64,000 nt of DNA from an uncultured Gemmatimonadales bacterium. GTDB taxonomy: Bacteria; Gemmatimonadota; Gemmatimonadetes; Gemmatimonadales; GWC2-71-9. Location: assembly GCA_963850655.1 (NCBI GenBank), contig CAWKMI010000009.1, positions 10,043-74,042 on the forward strand, written 5' to 3'. A program made the position numbers and the translations under genes. Numbering within the stretch: the stretch's first letter is position 1; the number at the start of each line of letters is the position of its first letter. The notes beneath the pieces were generated by a model. It saw only the letters and a list, made by a program, of their open reading frames with translations, was not told where the DNA came from and did no database searches. Shown here piece after piece: positions 21,975 through 29,496 of this stretch.

Positions 21975-22934
21975 CTACTGGTACTGGATGTAGAGGGGAA
22001 TCGGCGTCAATCGAAGGATCTCACTCCGGGTCATCATCGGCCGGTCGTTCTTGAAGAAGAGCTTGATTCCCGTGAACTGGACCGGGCGACGACTGACAAC
22101 CAGGTCGTAGATCCGCCTCTTGAGGGGAGGCGTGCCGAAACCGTCCATGTCGATCACGACCTGGACCCTCGGGTCGGTTCGGATGCCTCGGTAGTTGGTC
22201 AGCATGTTCTCGGTGAAACGGTGAATCACCAGGACCTTCGGCGGCAAGTGCTCCTCGTCGACCAGCCTTGCGAGCACGTCGATCGCTGCGTTGATCTGCC
22301 GTGCGTCGAGGGTGCCGATCTTCGATCCCGGCACCCGCCCGGCGGGCATCGCGAACTCCGGGTCGAGTGCGAGGTGGACCCAGGGCTTTTTGAGCCAGGG
22401 AATCAGGCGCGGCAACTCCGCGGCCACCGTACTCTGTCCCACCTGAATGTCGAGGAAGAGGAGCCATCCTCGCGTCTCGGCCCAGCGGGCGACCTCGGCG
22501 ATCAGGCTGTCCGAGTGCCGCAAGCGGTACTTGGCATCCGTGCCGGGCTTCCCCTGTGCCACGGTCGCAATCAGGTGCAGGGCCGGCCGGACCGTCCTGG
22601 TGGTGTCGGCCTTCGCCCACTCCCCGGCGATGTCATGAAGCTTGGCGAGCATCTGCTCGGGTGGCAGTTCGCCGAGGATTCCCATCCGGGTCGACCGGGG
22701 ATTGCCGTAGAATGCCACGACCCGGTTTGCCGGGAAGAGGGCGCCCGGCAGCACCGGGATCAGATGGTGCGACCACGGCGTGGCGTTGCTGTCCGTCTGA
22801 ACGACGGGCCGTGCCGCCTTGGGGCTGGTCCCCTGGCTCGCGGGAGGCTTGACCGGACGCTGGGCCCACGCCGGCGTGGCGCAGAGCGTCGTCACGAGCA
22901 TGAAGATCGTGGCCGGGTGTCGCAGTCTCATCAT
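21975..22934 (-). CDS. Exported hypothetical protein
   Basis: ORF 21975..23012 with the start moved to ATG 22934, giving signal peptide MMRLRHPATIFMLVTTLCATPAWA. 8-nt gap to the downstream gene. Confidence 0.6.
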   Translation of the reverse strand: MMRLRHPATIFMLVTTLCATPAWAQRPVKPPASQGTSPKAARPVVQTDSNATPWSHHLIPVLPGALFPANRVVAFYGNPRSTRMGILGELPPEQMLAKLHDIAGEWAKADTTRTVRPALHLIATVAQGKPGTDAKYRLRHSDSLIAEVARWAETRGWLLFLDIQVGQSTVAAELPRLIPWLKKPWVHLALDPEFAMPAGRVPGSKIGTLDARQINAAIDVLARLVDEEHLPPKVLVIHRFTENMLTNYRGIRTDPRVQVVIDMDGFGTPPLKRRIYDLVVSRRPVQFTGIKLFFKNDRPMMTRSEILRLTPIPLYIQYQ

Positions 22935-23031
22935 GTCGGGAAGCATAAGTGGTAGGCGGTCGGCGTTGTTCGCCTTGCCGGGGCTCGGTGTACATTGTTC
23001 CCGACGAGGCAATCACTCTCGAGGAGCCCGG

Positions 23032-23268
23032 ATGCGAATCGACATCACCTATTGCGTGGTCTGAAACTACGAGCCACGGGCCTCCAGTCTGGCGGCCGAG
23101 CTGCACGTACTCTATCCCGAAGCCGAGGTGCGGATGCACCAGAGCAGCGGCGGTGTGTTTGAAGTTGCCCTCGATGGCAACATGGTCTACTCGAAGCGCG
23201 CCACCGGTCGTCACGCCGAGCCAGGTGAAGTGAAACGTCTCATACAGGAATTCATGGACCGCTCGTGA
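23032..23268 (+). CDS. SelW/Rdx-family selenoprotein (78 aa) with in-frame UGA = Sec at 23062-23064
   Basis: ATG 23032 follows GAGGAG. Translation: MRIDITYCVVUNYEPRASSLAAELHVLYPEAEVRMHQSSGGVFEVALDGNMVYSKRATGRHAEPGEVKRLIQEFMDRS. CxxU sits at the position of the Rdx-fold CxxC, followed by the GGVFEV...DG..VYSK...GR motif. Candidate SECIS hairpin at 23079-23097. Stop TGA 23266-23268 overlaps the pfkA GTG. Confidence 0.8.
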
Positions 23269-24344
23269 AAATTGCCATTTCAACCGGCGGCGGAGACGCT
23301 CCCGGACTCAACGCCGTCATCCGGGCCGTGGTCCTCTCGGCCGTCGATCGTGGCTGGCAGAGCATCGGCATCCGTCGTGGATTTCAAGGCCTTTTCGACG
23401 GTGACGGGCTCTTGCCGCTCGGGCCAGATGAGGTGCGCGGCATCACCCACCTTGGCGGCACCATTCTCGGTGCAGCGACCAAGGGCAATCCGCTCCGCTG
23501 GCCCAAGCTTCAGCCCGACGGCCGGGTCGTCGAGGTCGATCGCTGCTACGAGTTGATCGCCGCCTTCCAGCGTGAGCAGATCGACGCGCTCGTCTCGATC
23601 GGCGGCGAGGGGTCGCTCACCATCGCCGGCGAGCTCTGGCGTCGCGGACTGCCCGTCGTCGGCGTGCCCAAGACCATCGACAACGATGTGGTCGGAACCG
23701 AAACCACCTTCGGTTTCGACACCGCCGTTTCCACCGCCACCGAAGCACTCGACAAGCTGCACACCACCGCCGAATCGCATGATCGGGTCATGGTGGTGGA
23801 GTTGATGGGACGCAATGCCGGCTGGATCGCCCTGCACAGCGGCATTTCGGCCACGGCGGACGTGATCCTCATTCCCGAGATTCCCTTCGACATCGAGCGC
23901 GTCTGCGACAAGATCCGTGATCGAGAGCGCCATGGGCGTCACTTCTCGATTGTCGTCGTCGCCGAAGGTGCGGTTCCGATCGGCGGCAACGCCATGGTGC
24001 GGGTCGCCGGTGCTGCCGGCGAGATGGATCGCCTTGGCGGGATCGGGGAGCATGTTGCCCGGGGCATCATCGAGCGCACCGGCAAGGAGACCCGCACCCT
24101 GGTCCTCGGCCACCTGCAGCGCGGCGGTCCGCCGACCACCTTCGACCGCCTGCTGGCCCTGCGCTTCGGGTCCGCCGCGGTGCGATCGATCGCCGACGGC
24201 GAATTCGGCGTGATGGTCGCGTACAATCCGCCCAATCTCACGCGAGTGCCACTTGACCAGGTCGCCGGGAAGACCAAGCGGGTTCCGCTCGATTCCGGCG
24301 TGATCCTCACGGGCCGTCACCTCGGCATTTCCTTCGGCGACTGA
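23265..24344 (+). CDS. pfkA: ATP-dependent 6-phosphofructokinase
   Basis: 359-aa ORF with TGGGDAPGLNAVIRAVV, GVPKTIDND and MGRNAGWIAL motifs. Confidence 0.9.
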   Translation: MKIAISTGGGDAPGLNAVIRAVVLSAVDRGWQSIGIRRGFQGLFDGDGLLPLGPDEVRGITHLGGTILGAATKGNPLRWPKLQPDGRVVEVDRCYELIAAFQREQIDALVSIGGEGSLTIAGELWRRGLPVVGVPKTIDNDVVGTETTFGFDTAVSTATEALDKLHTTAESHDRVMVVELMGRNAGWIALHSGISATADVILIPEIPFDIERVCDKIRDRERHGRHFSIVVVAEGAVPIGGNAMVRVAGAAGEMDRLGGIGEHVARGIIERTGKETRTLVLGHLQRGGPPTTFDRLLALRFGSAAVRSIADGEFGVMVAYNPPNLTRVPLDQVAGKTKRVPLDSGVILTGRHLGISFGD

Positions 24345-24348
24345 GACG

Positions 24349-24858
24349 ATGCCGCGACGCGATACGCTGCCGGCCGCGCAGGCGCTCGCGCTATTGCGTG
24401 TTGTGGCAGGAGTGCTGCTCATCGTCGGGGCAGCCGAAACCATGAAATTCTACGCCCTCGCGGGGTTCCTGCCGGTGCCCGTGACCGCGCTCTCCTGGCA
24501 GCTCGAATTGCCGATGCGACTTTCGGCCTGGCTCGCCACCCACCAGTCGGGCCTGCTCGGCGCCTTCGTCCGCGACCTGCTCCTCCCCAATGGCGCACTC
24601 GTTGCCGGCCTGCTCACCTGGGTTGAGGTGGCCACCGGGGTGCTGTTGGTGCTTGGTTTGCGGACTCGCCTGGCCGCCGCGCTCGCCGGGCTGGTGTCCG
24701 GGGCGCTCGTACTGGCCGCCGGTGGCGTGGCTTCGCCCGGCGGCCGCACCTATCTGCTCCTCATCATGGTCCTCCTGACCTGCGTCATTGGCAATGCGGG
24801 CCAGGTCGGCGGCATGGATGGCTGGCGTCGCCAGCGGAGCCGCGACCGCAACCTCTGA
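24349..24858 (+). CDS. DoxX-like small integral membrane protein
   Basis: 169-aa ORF with four hydrophobic helices. The DoxX-like assignment rests on topology and composition only. Confidence 0.5.
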   Translation: MPRRDTLPAAQALALLRVVAGVLLIVGAAETMKFYALAGFLPVPVTALSWQLELPMRLSAWLATHQSGLLGAFVRDLLLPNGALVAGLLTWVEVATGVLLVLGLRTRLAAALAGLVSGALVLAAGGVASPGGRTYLLLIMVLLTCVIGNAGQVGGMDGWRRQRSRDRNL

Positions 24859-24870
24859 GCGTTGGCCCGC

Positions 24871-25446
24871 TCAGCCGCGATCTCCTTGCTGAATGAAGTT
24901 CTGCAGCAACTGATGCCCATGCTCGGTGCTCACCGACTCGGGATGGAACTGCACTCCCTCGACCGGATGCGTGCGGTGCCTCACGCCCATGATTTCGCCG
25001 TCGTCCGCAAAGGCCGTGAGTTCGAGCTCCGCCGGTACGCTGTCCGGAGCGATGGCGAGCGAGTGATAACGTGTGGCCCGGAATGGTGACGGCAGTCCGG
25101 TGAGCACCCCTCTTCCATCGTGAGAAATCGCCGAGGTCATGCCGTGTCGCGGCCGGCGGGCCCGCGTCACAACCGCCTGATACGCCTCGGCGATGCACTG
25201 ATGCCCGAGGCAGACTCCGAGGATGGGCGTTGATGGTCCAAGCTCGCGAACGACGGCGATGGCCAGCGGGCAGTCATGCGGCGTGCCGGGGCCTGGCGAG
25301 AGTATGATCCGGCGGGGTCGCAACGCCATCACCGCCGCCAGGGAGAGGGAACTCGCGCGCACGACCCGGGCCTCTTCGCCGAGTTCCGCCACGTACCGGG
25401 CGAGGTTGAACACGAACGAATCGTCGTGATCAAGCAGGAGGATCAT
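24871..25446 (-). CDS. pabA: Glutamine amidotransferase component II (aminodeoxychorismate/anthranilate synthase)
   Basis: MILLLDHDDSFVFNL..., catalytic GVCLGHQ, and C-terminal GVQFHPES. The ATG overlaps the pabB stop (ATGA at 25443-25446). Confidence 0.8.
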   Translation of the reverse strand: MILLLDHDDSFVFNLARYVAELGEEARVVRASSLSLAAVMALRPRRIILSPGPGTPHDCPLAIAVVRELGPSTPILGVCLGHQCIAEAYQAVVTRARRPRHGMTSAISHDGRGVLTGLPSPFRATRYHSLAIAPDSVPAELELTAFADDGEIMGVRHRTHPVEGVQFHPESVSTEHGHQLLQNFIQQGDRG

Positions 25447-26828
25447 GTCGCTTCCGCCAGTGCGGCGATGAGCGCGCGTGCCTTGTCGAGTGTCTCCCGG
25501 TACTCCTCGTCCGGGTCGGACGGTGCGGTGACACCGCCTCCGACGTGGACCGCCGCCACGCCGTCCTTCACGATGATGGTCCGAATGGCGAGGTTGCAGT
25601 CGAGACCGCCATCGAGCCCGAGCCATCCGATCGCGCCACAGTAGGCGCCGCGCCGCACCCGCTCCAGTTCGGCCAGGATGGCCATCGCGCGAAGCTTCGG
25701 CGCCCCGGTCACCGATCCGCCCGGGAAGGTCGCCGCGAGCAGGTCCAGTGCATCCGCATCCGGCCGGAGCCGGCCGGTGACCGTGGAGACGAGGTGGTGG
25801 ACCGTGGCATGTGACTCGAGGCGGCAGAGCGACTCGACCGCGACGCTTCCCGGCGCGCACACGCGCGACAGGTCGTTGCGCAACAGGTCGACGATCATCA
25901 CGTTCTCGGCCCGGTCCTTTTCGCTTGCTGCCAACTCCCGGGCCAGCTCCGCGTCACGCTGCGAGTCCGCGTCGCGCGGCCTCGTTCCCTTGATCGGGCG
26001 CGTCTCCACCGTTCGCGTCCCGGGGTCGTACCGGAGGAATCGCTCCGGCGACGCGCTGAACAGTTGCACCGCGTCGTGCCGGACGTAGGCGCCAAGTGGC
26101 GCGGGTGCCAGCCGCTCGAGGGAAGCGAGCAGGGTGGCCGGTTCGCCCGTGAATGGTGCGGTGAAGCGCTGGGTCAGGTTGGCCTGGAAGATGTCGCCCG
26201 CGAGGATGTATGCGATCACCCTCGCCACGGCAGCGCGGTACTCTGCCGGGCTGAAATCGGCATGCAATCCTGGTGGCAGTCTCCCGAAGGCGGCGCCATC
26301 ATCGCCGGGGCGTGGCTGGGGCGGGACAGCGGGCGGGGCGGCGACCAGCGCCATGACCGGCGCCGCCCTGGCGATCGCCCTGGACTGGTCGCGCGTTCCG
26401 ATCGCGTCCACTCCAGTGCTGATCAGCCAGCAACCCGACTCGTGATGGTCCCAGGCAATCACCCAGTCATAGAGTCCCAGGGCGATGTCCGGGAGCCTGA
26501 ACGGATCGGAACTGACGAGCGGCATGCGATCGAAGGCCCGGCCAAGTTCGTACGAGAACCATCCCATCCAGCCGCCCTGAAATGGCGGCAGTCCGGGCTC
26601 GCTGGGTGAGGTCGGGGTGAGCGTCGCGCGAAGTCGTGCACCCAGCGCATCCCATTCCGGCGCATCGCCGGTCAGGACGGACACCGGATCGGCGGCGAAA
26701 TAGCTGTAGCGCCCAAGGGGGTGGGATGGGACCGTGCTGTGGAGGAGCACGGGCCGGGGCAGATGTCCCAGCCTGGCAAGGGCGCCGTTCGGCGAGAAGG
26801 GGAACTCGAGCGGGAGAATCACCGGCAC
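25443..26828 (-). CDS. pabB: Aminodeoxychorismate synthase component I
   Basis: 461-aa chorismate-binding enzyme with FPGGSVTGAPK, RGAYCGAIGW and ENVMIVDLLRND motifs. The short N-terminus and pterin-gene neighbours favour PabB over TrpE. Confidence 0.7.
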   Translation of the reverse strand: MPVILPLEFPFSPNGALARLGHLPRPVLLHSTVPSHPLGRYSYFAADPVSVLTGDAPEWDALGARLRATLTPTSPSEPGLPPFQGGWMGWFSYELGRAFDRMPLVSSDPFRLPDIALGLYDWVIAWDHHESGCWLISTGVDAIGTRDQSRAIARAAPVMALVAAPPAVPPQPRPGDDGAAFGRLPPGLHADFSPAEYRAAVARVIAYILAGDIFQANLTQRFTAPFTGEPATLLASLERLAPAPLGAYVRHDAVQLFSASPERFLRYDPGTRTVETRPIKGTRPRDADSQRDAELARELAASEKDRAENVMIVDLLRNDLSRVCAPGSVAVESLCRLESHATVHHLVSTVTGRLRPDADALDLLAATFPGGSVTGAPKLRAMAILAELERVRRGAYCGAIGWLGLDGGLDCNLAIRTIIVKDGVAAVHVGGGVTAPSDPDEEYRETLDKARALIAALAEAT

Positions 26829-26853
26829 GGAGATCAGCGCCCGGAGTTTGGTG

Positions 26854-27207
26854 TCAGCGCTTCACCCAGCCGGTGGCTTGTCCTTCGAGACCCGGGAAGT
26901 CGCCGGCTGGTTGCCAGGTGACCGTGGCCTCGATCCGCTCGGCGAGCTGAAGATCCTTGTCGGTCACTCCACCAGCCGAGTGAGTCTGCAGTCGTACCAC
27001 GATCCGGTTCCAGTGCACCTCGAGATCCGGATGGTGGTTCGCCGCCTCCGCGAGGAAGGCGATGGCGTTTACCGCCATCATCGTCGTGCGCCATCCGTCG
27101 GTTGCGTATTCTCGCCGCAGCCAGCCGTCAGCCCCGCTCCAGAGGGACAAGGCGGTCAGCCTCGAGGCGAGGGCGTTGCCATCGTACACCGGTTCCTTGG
27201 CGCGCAT
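26854..27207 (-). CDS. Pterin-4a-carbinolamine dehydratase
   Basis: 117-aa ORF with the AEAANHHPDLEVHWNRIVVRLQTH motif characteristic of PCD/DCoH. Confidence 0.8.
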   Translation of the reverse strand: MRAKEPVYDGNALASRLTALSLWSGADGWLRREYATDGWRTTMMAVNAIAFLAEAANHHPDLEVHWNRIVVRLQTHSAGGVTDKDLQLAERIEATVTWQPAGDFPGLEGQATGWVKR

Positions 27208-27232
27208 CGATCACCTCAGTGCGGGGATGCGG

Positions 27233-27736
27233 TCAGTCCAGTCGTTCGCTGTAGGTCGCGGTCTGGCCGATCGACTCCTCGACCTCGATTTCGAGGAACG
27301 TCAGCTTCGCCCCTTCGGCCTCGAGGTCGGCGCGGAGACGAACCGCAAACCATTCGGCGATCATCTCTGCGGTGGTGTTGGCGATCGGCATCATCGCACA
27401 ATCCCTGGTGGGGAAGTGATATGTCGGGATGCCGAAGTAGTCGACCCAGGTGTTTCCGTCTGCCTCGCGGAAGGCGAGCTTCGGGTTGCCGGTCGGCAGC
27501 AGGACCCGATGATCGATCTGCTCAACGTACTTCCTGGCCAGTCGCTTGAGAATGGCGAAATCAACCACGAAGAGGCACTCGGCGTCGATCGGTCCCTCGA
27601 CCGTCAGGCCGATGCGATAGTTGTGTCCGTGCAATGACTCGCAGGTGTGGCCTCGAAGCGTGATGAAATGGGCCGACGAAAAGGCCAGGTAATCCTTGCT
27701 CACGCTCACGCGAAATGTGCCCACAGCTTTCCTCAC
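27233..27736 (-). CDS. 6-pyruvoyl-tetrahydropterin synthase / QueD-family protein
   Basis: 167-aa ORF (GTG start) with FSSAHF and CESLHGHNY (Zn/catalytic Cys-His motif). Confidence 0.8.
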   Translation of the reverse strand: MRKAVGTFRVSVSKDYLAFSSAHFITLRGHTCESLHGHNYRIGLTVEGPIDAECLFVVDFAILKRLARKYVEQIDHRVLLPTGNPKLAFREADGNTWVDYFGIPTYHFPTRDCAMMPIANTTAEMIAEWFAVRLRADLEAEGAKLTFLEIEVEESIGQTATYSERLD

Positions 27737-27891
27737 GAATGATGCGAAGCGCCGTTCACTCCGCGGACGAACATACCATCACGATCACCGGGAGGAAACG
27801 CCGCCGTCCGGCGGGACAGGTGTCCACCAGGGAGGACGGAAGGCGTCCGGGCTCTGATGACCAACTGAAGCCGGGACAACGACTTACGAGC

Positions 27892-27907
27892 TGGCACGTG
27901 ACTCGCA
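27892..27907 (+). promoter_or_regulatory. Candidate sigma-54 promoter (TGGCAC-N5-TCGCA)
   Basis: cTGGCACgtgacTCGCAc has one mismatch to TGGCAC-N5-TTGCA. It lies 43 nt upstream of ATG 27950, which has an AGGAGG RBS. Confidence 0.45.
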
Positions 27908-27949
27908 CATGGTAGGGGCAGATCCGATGACTCGTCTCAGGAGGTCGTT

Positions 27950-28429
27950 ATGCGCCCCACCATCCTCGCCACCATCCCCCTGCTCGCCACGCTGGCGGCA
28001 CCCCCCGCGACGGCTCAGATCAATGCCCAGATCCGGGTCGGGATTCCGATCGGACGCCATGAGGTGGTAATCGGCTACCGGCCGGGACCGGCAAGGCGGG
28101 AAGTGAAAGTCCGTGACTATGATCGCCGCACCGTTGGCGACTGGAACCGCGCCCAGGACTACCGACGCTGGCAACCCGTGACGCTCTACTTCTATGCCGG
28201 ACGCTACTACGAACGCCCGTTTCGCCAGGCCCGCCCGATTGTGGTCTTCCGCTACCGCGATCGCTACTTCTATCCGCCTCGCGATGCCGGCTGGGAACGG
28301 CAGCATGGTCGCGATCGTGACTGGGGCCGCGGGAGCGACCGGGACGACCGCGCCGCCCGGGATCGCGATGACCGCAACCAGAGGAACCCCGGGGTGCCAC
28401 CGGTTCGAGGTGGACGGTCTCGCCCCTGA
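27950..28429 (+). CDS. Exported hypothetical protein with an Arg/Asp-rich tail
   Basis: 159-aa ORF with a strong RBS, signal peptide MRPTILATIPLLATLAAPPATAQ, and C-terminal RDRDWGRGSDRDDRAARDRDDRNQR. Confidence 0.65.
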   Translation: MRPTILATIPLLATLAAPPATAQINAQIRVGIPIGRHEVVIGYRPGPARREVKVRDYDRRTVGDWNRAQDYRRWQPVTLYFYAGRYYERPFRQARPIVVFRYRDRYFYPPRDAGWERQHGRDRDWGRGSDRDDRAARDRDDRNQRNPGVPPVRGGRSRP

Positions 28430-28457
28430 AGCCGGTGGCTTGCGGCGAGTCGAGCAG

Positions 28458-28492
28458 CAGAGCGGGGGCGCCGGACCGGCGCCCCCGCTCTG
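28458..28492. terminator. Bidirectional GC-rich hairpin between convergent genes
   Basis: CAGAGCGGGGGCGCCGG-A-CCGGCGCCCCCGCTCTG, with perfect 17-nt arms. Confidence 0.75.
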
Positions 28493-28515
28493 CGCTTCTG
28501 CCCGGATCGGTCGGG

Positions 28516-29397
28516 TCAGCGTTTCGCAGTCATCTCGTCCTTGGGCGTTGGCACCGTGCCGGTCAGCCGAGCGGAAACATCCCAGAGGCGCGAGGCGAGC
28601 GCGGCGTCGTGTGAGCGGGCCGACGACCGGGCCGGCTTCATGCTGCGGAAGTAGCCCCCGGTGATGCCGGCGAGCTCAGGCGCGGTCGCCAGGTACAGCA
28701 CGGTCTGCGCGCCCTGCTCGGCCGTGATGGTCAGGTAGCGCTTCGTGATGGGGTAGAGCCAGCGCGACCACCAGCGATCGTAGATCCCTTCGAGCAACGG
28801 CGTACCGACGACACCGGGGTGACAGCTGTTGACCGTAATGCCGGTCCCGTCGAGCCGCCGGGCCAGGTCATATCCGAACAGGACGTTGCCGAGCTTGGAA
28901 CGTGAGTAGGCGGTGTAGCCACCGTATCCTTCGATGCTCTGCCAGTCCTCCGGATTGGGCACCCGTCGATGTGCCTCCGAGGCGACCAGGACAATGCGGG
29001 CGGGGGCGGCGGCTCGCATCAGATCGAGCAGTTCAGTAATCAGGATGAAGCCGGCGAGATGATTGACGGCGAACGTCGCCTCGACACCGTCGGCAGTGCT
29101 CACGCGACGCTGATGGTAGGCACCGGCATTGCTGATGAGAACGTGAAGCTGCCGGTGCCGGGCGCGGAAGTCCGCCGCCGACGCGCGGACGTCGGCCTGC
29201 ACTGCGAGGTCGGCGATGAGCAACTCGACCTGATCGTTTCCGGTTGCGGCGACGATCTCCTGCCGGGCCTGCTCCCCTGCCTCCCGATTCCGGCAGGCCA
29301 TGATCACGGTGGCTCCCAGGCGCGCAAGTCCCTCGGCTGTTGCGCGGCCGATGCCGCGGTTGGCCCCGGTCACCAGGCAGACTCTCCCTCGCATCAC
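28516..29397 (-). CDS. Short-chain dehydrogenase/reductase (retinol-dehydrogenase-like)
   Basis: 293-aa ORF with TGANRGIG cofactor motif, NNAG-like SNAG, and YxxxK (YSRSK). Confidence 0.85.
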   Translation of the reverse strand: MMRGRVCLVTGANRGIGRATAEGLARLGATVIMACRNREAGEQARQEIVAATGNDQVELLIADLAVQADVRASAADFRARHRQLHVLISNAGAYHQRRVSTADGVEATFAVNHLAGFILITELLDLMRAAAPARIVLVASEAHRRVPNPEDWQSIEGYGGYTAYSRSKLGNVLFGYDLARRLDGTGITVNSCHPGVVGTPLLEGIYDRWWSRWLYPITKRYLTITAEQGAQTVLYLATAPELAGITGGYFRSMKPARSSARSHDAALASRLWDVSARLTGTVPTPKDEMTAKR

Positions 29398-29496
29398 CCC
29401 TCCCGGACTGGTGCCACGCCATGATCAGGCCGTCGCCGGGCGAATATACCCATCCTCAGCCCGGGCGCCGGCGGTTCCGGCGCGGTGTAACTTGCC

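Noticed and set aside
22949-23233. 94-aa ORF overlapping the SelW-like gene in another frame
   Set aside because: Its Cys/Pro/Arg-rich composition has no homology pattern. The read-through frame gives a textbook Rdx-family sequence.
27737-27890. Riboswitch (preQ1, THF or ZTP) in the long leader upstream of the PTPS/QueD gene
   Set aside because: Several GC hairpins are present, but I could not match any riboswitch consensus by eye. This needs an Rfam/Infernal scan, so I am not claiming it.
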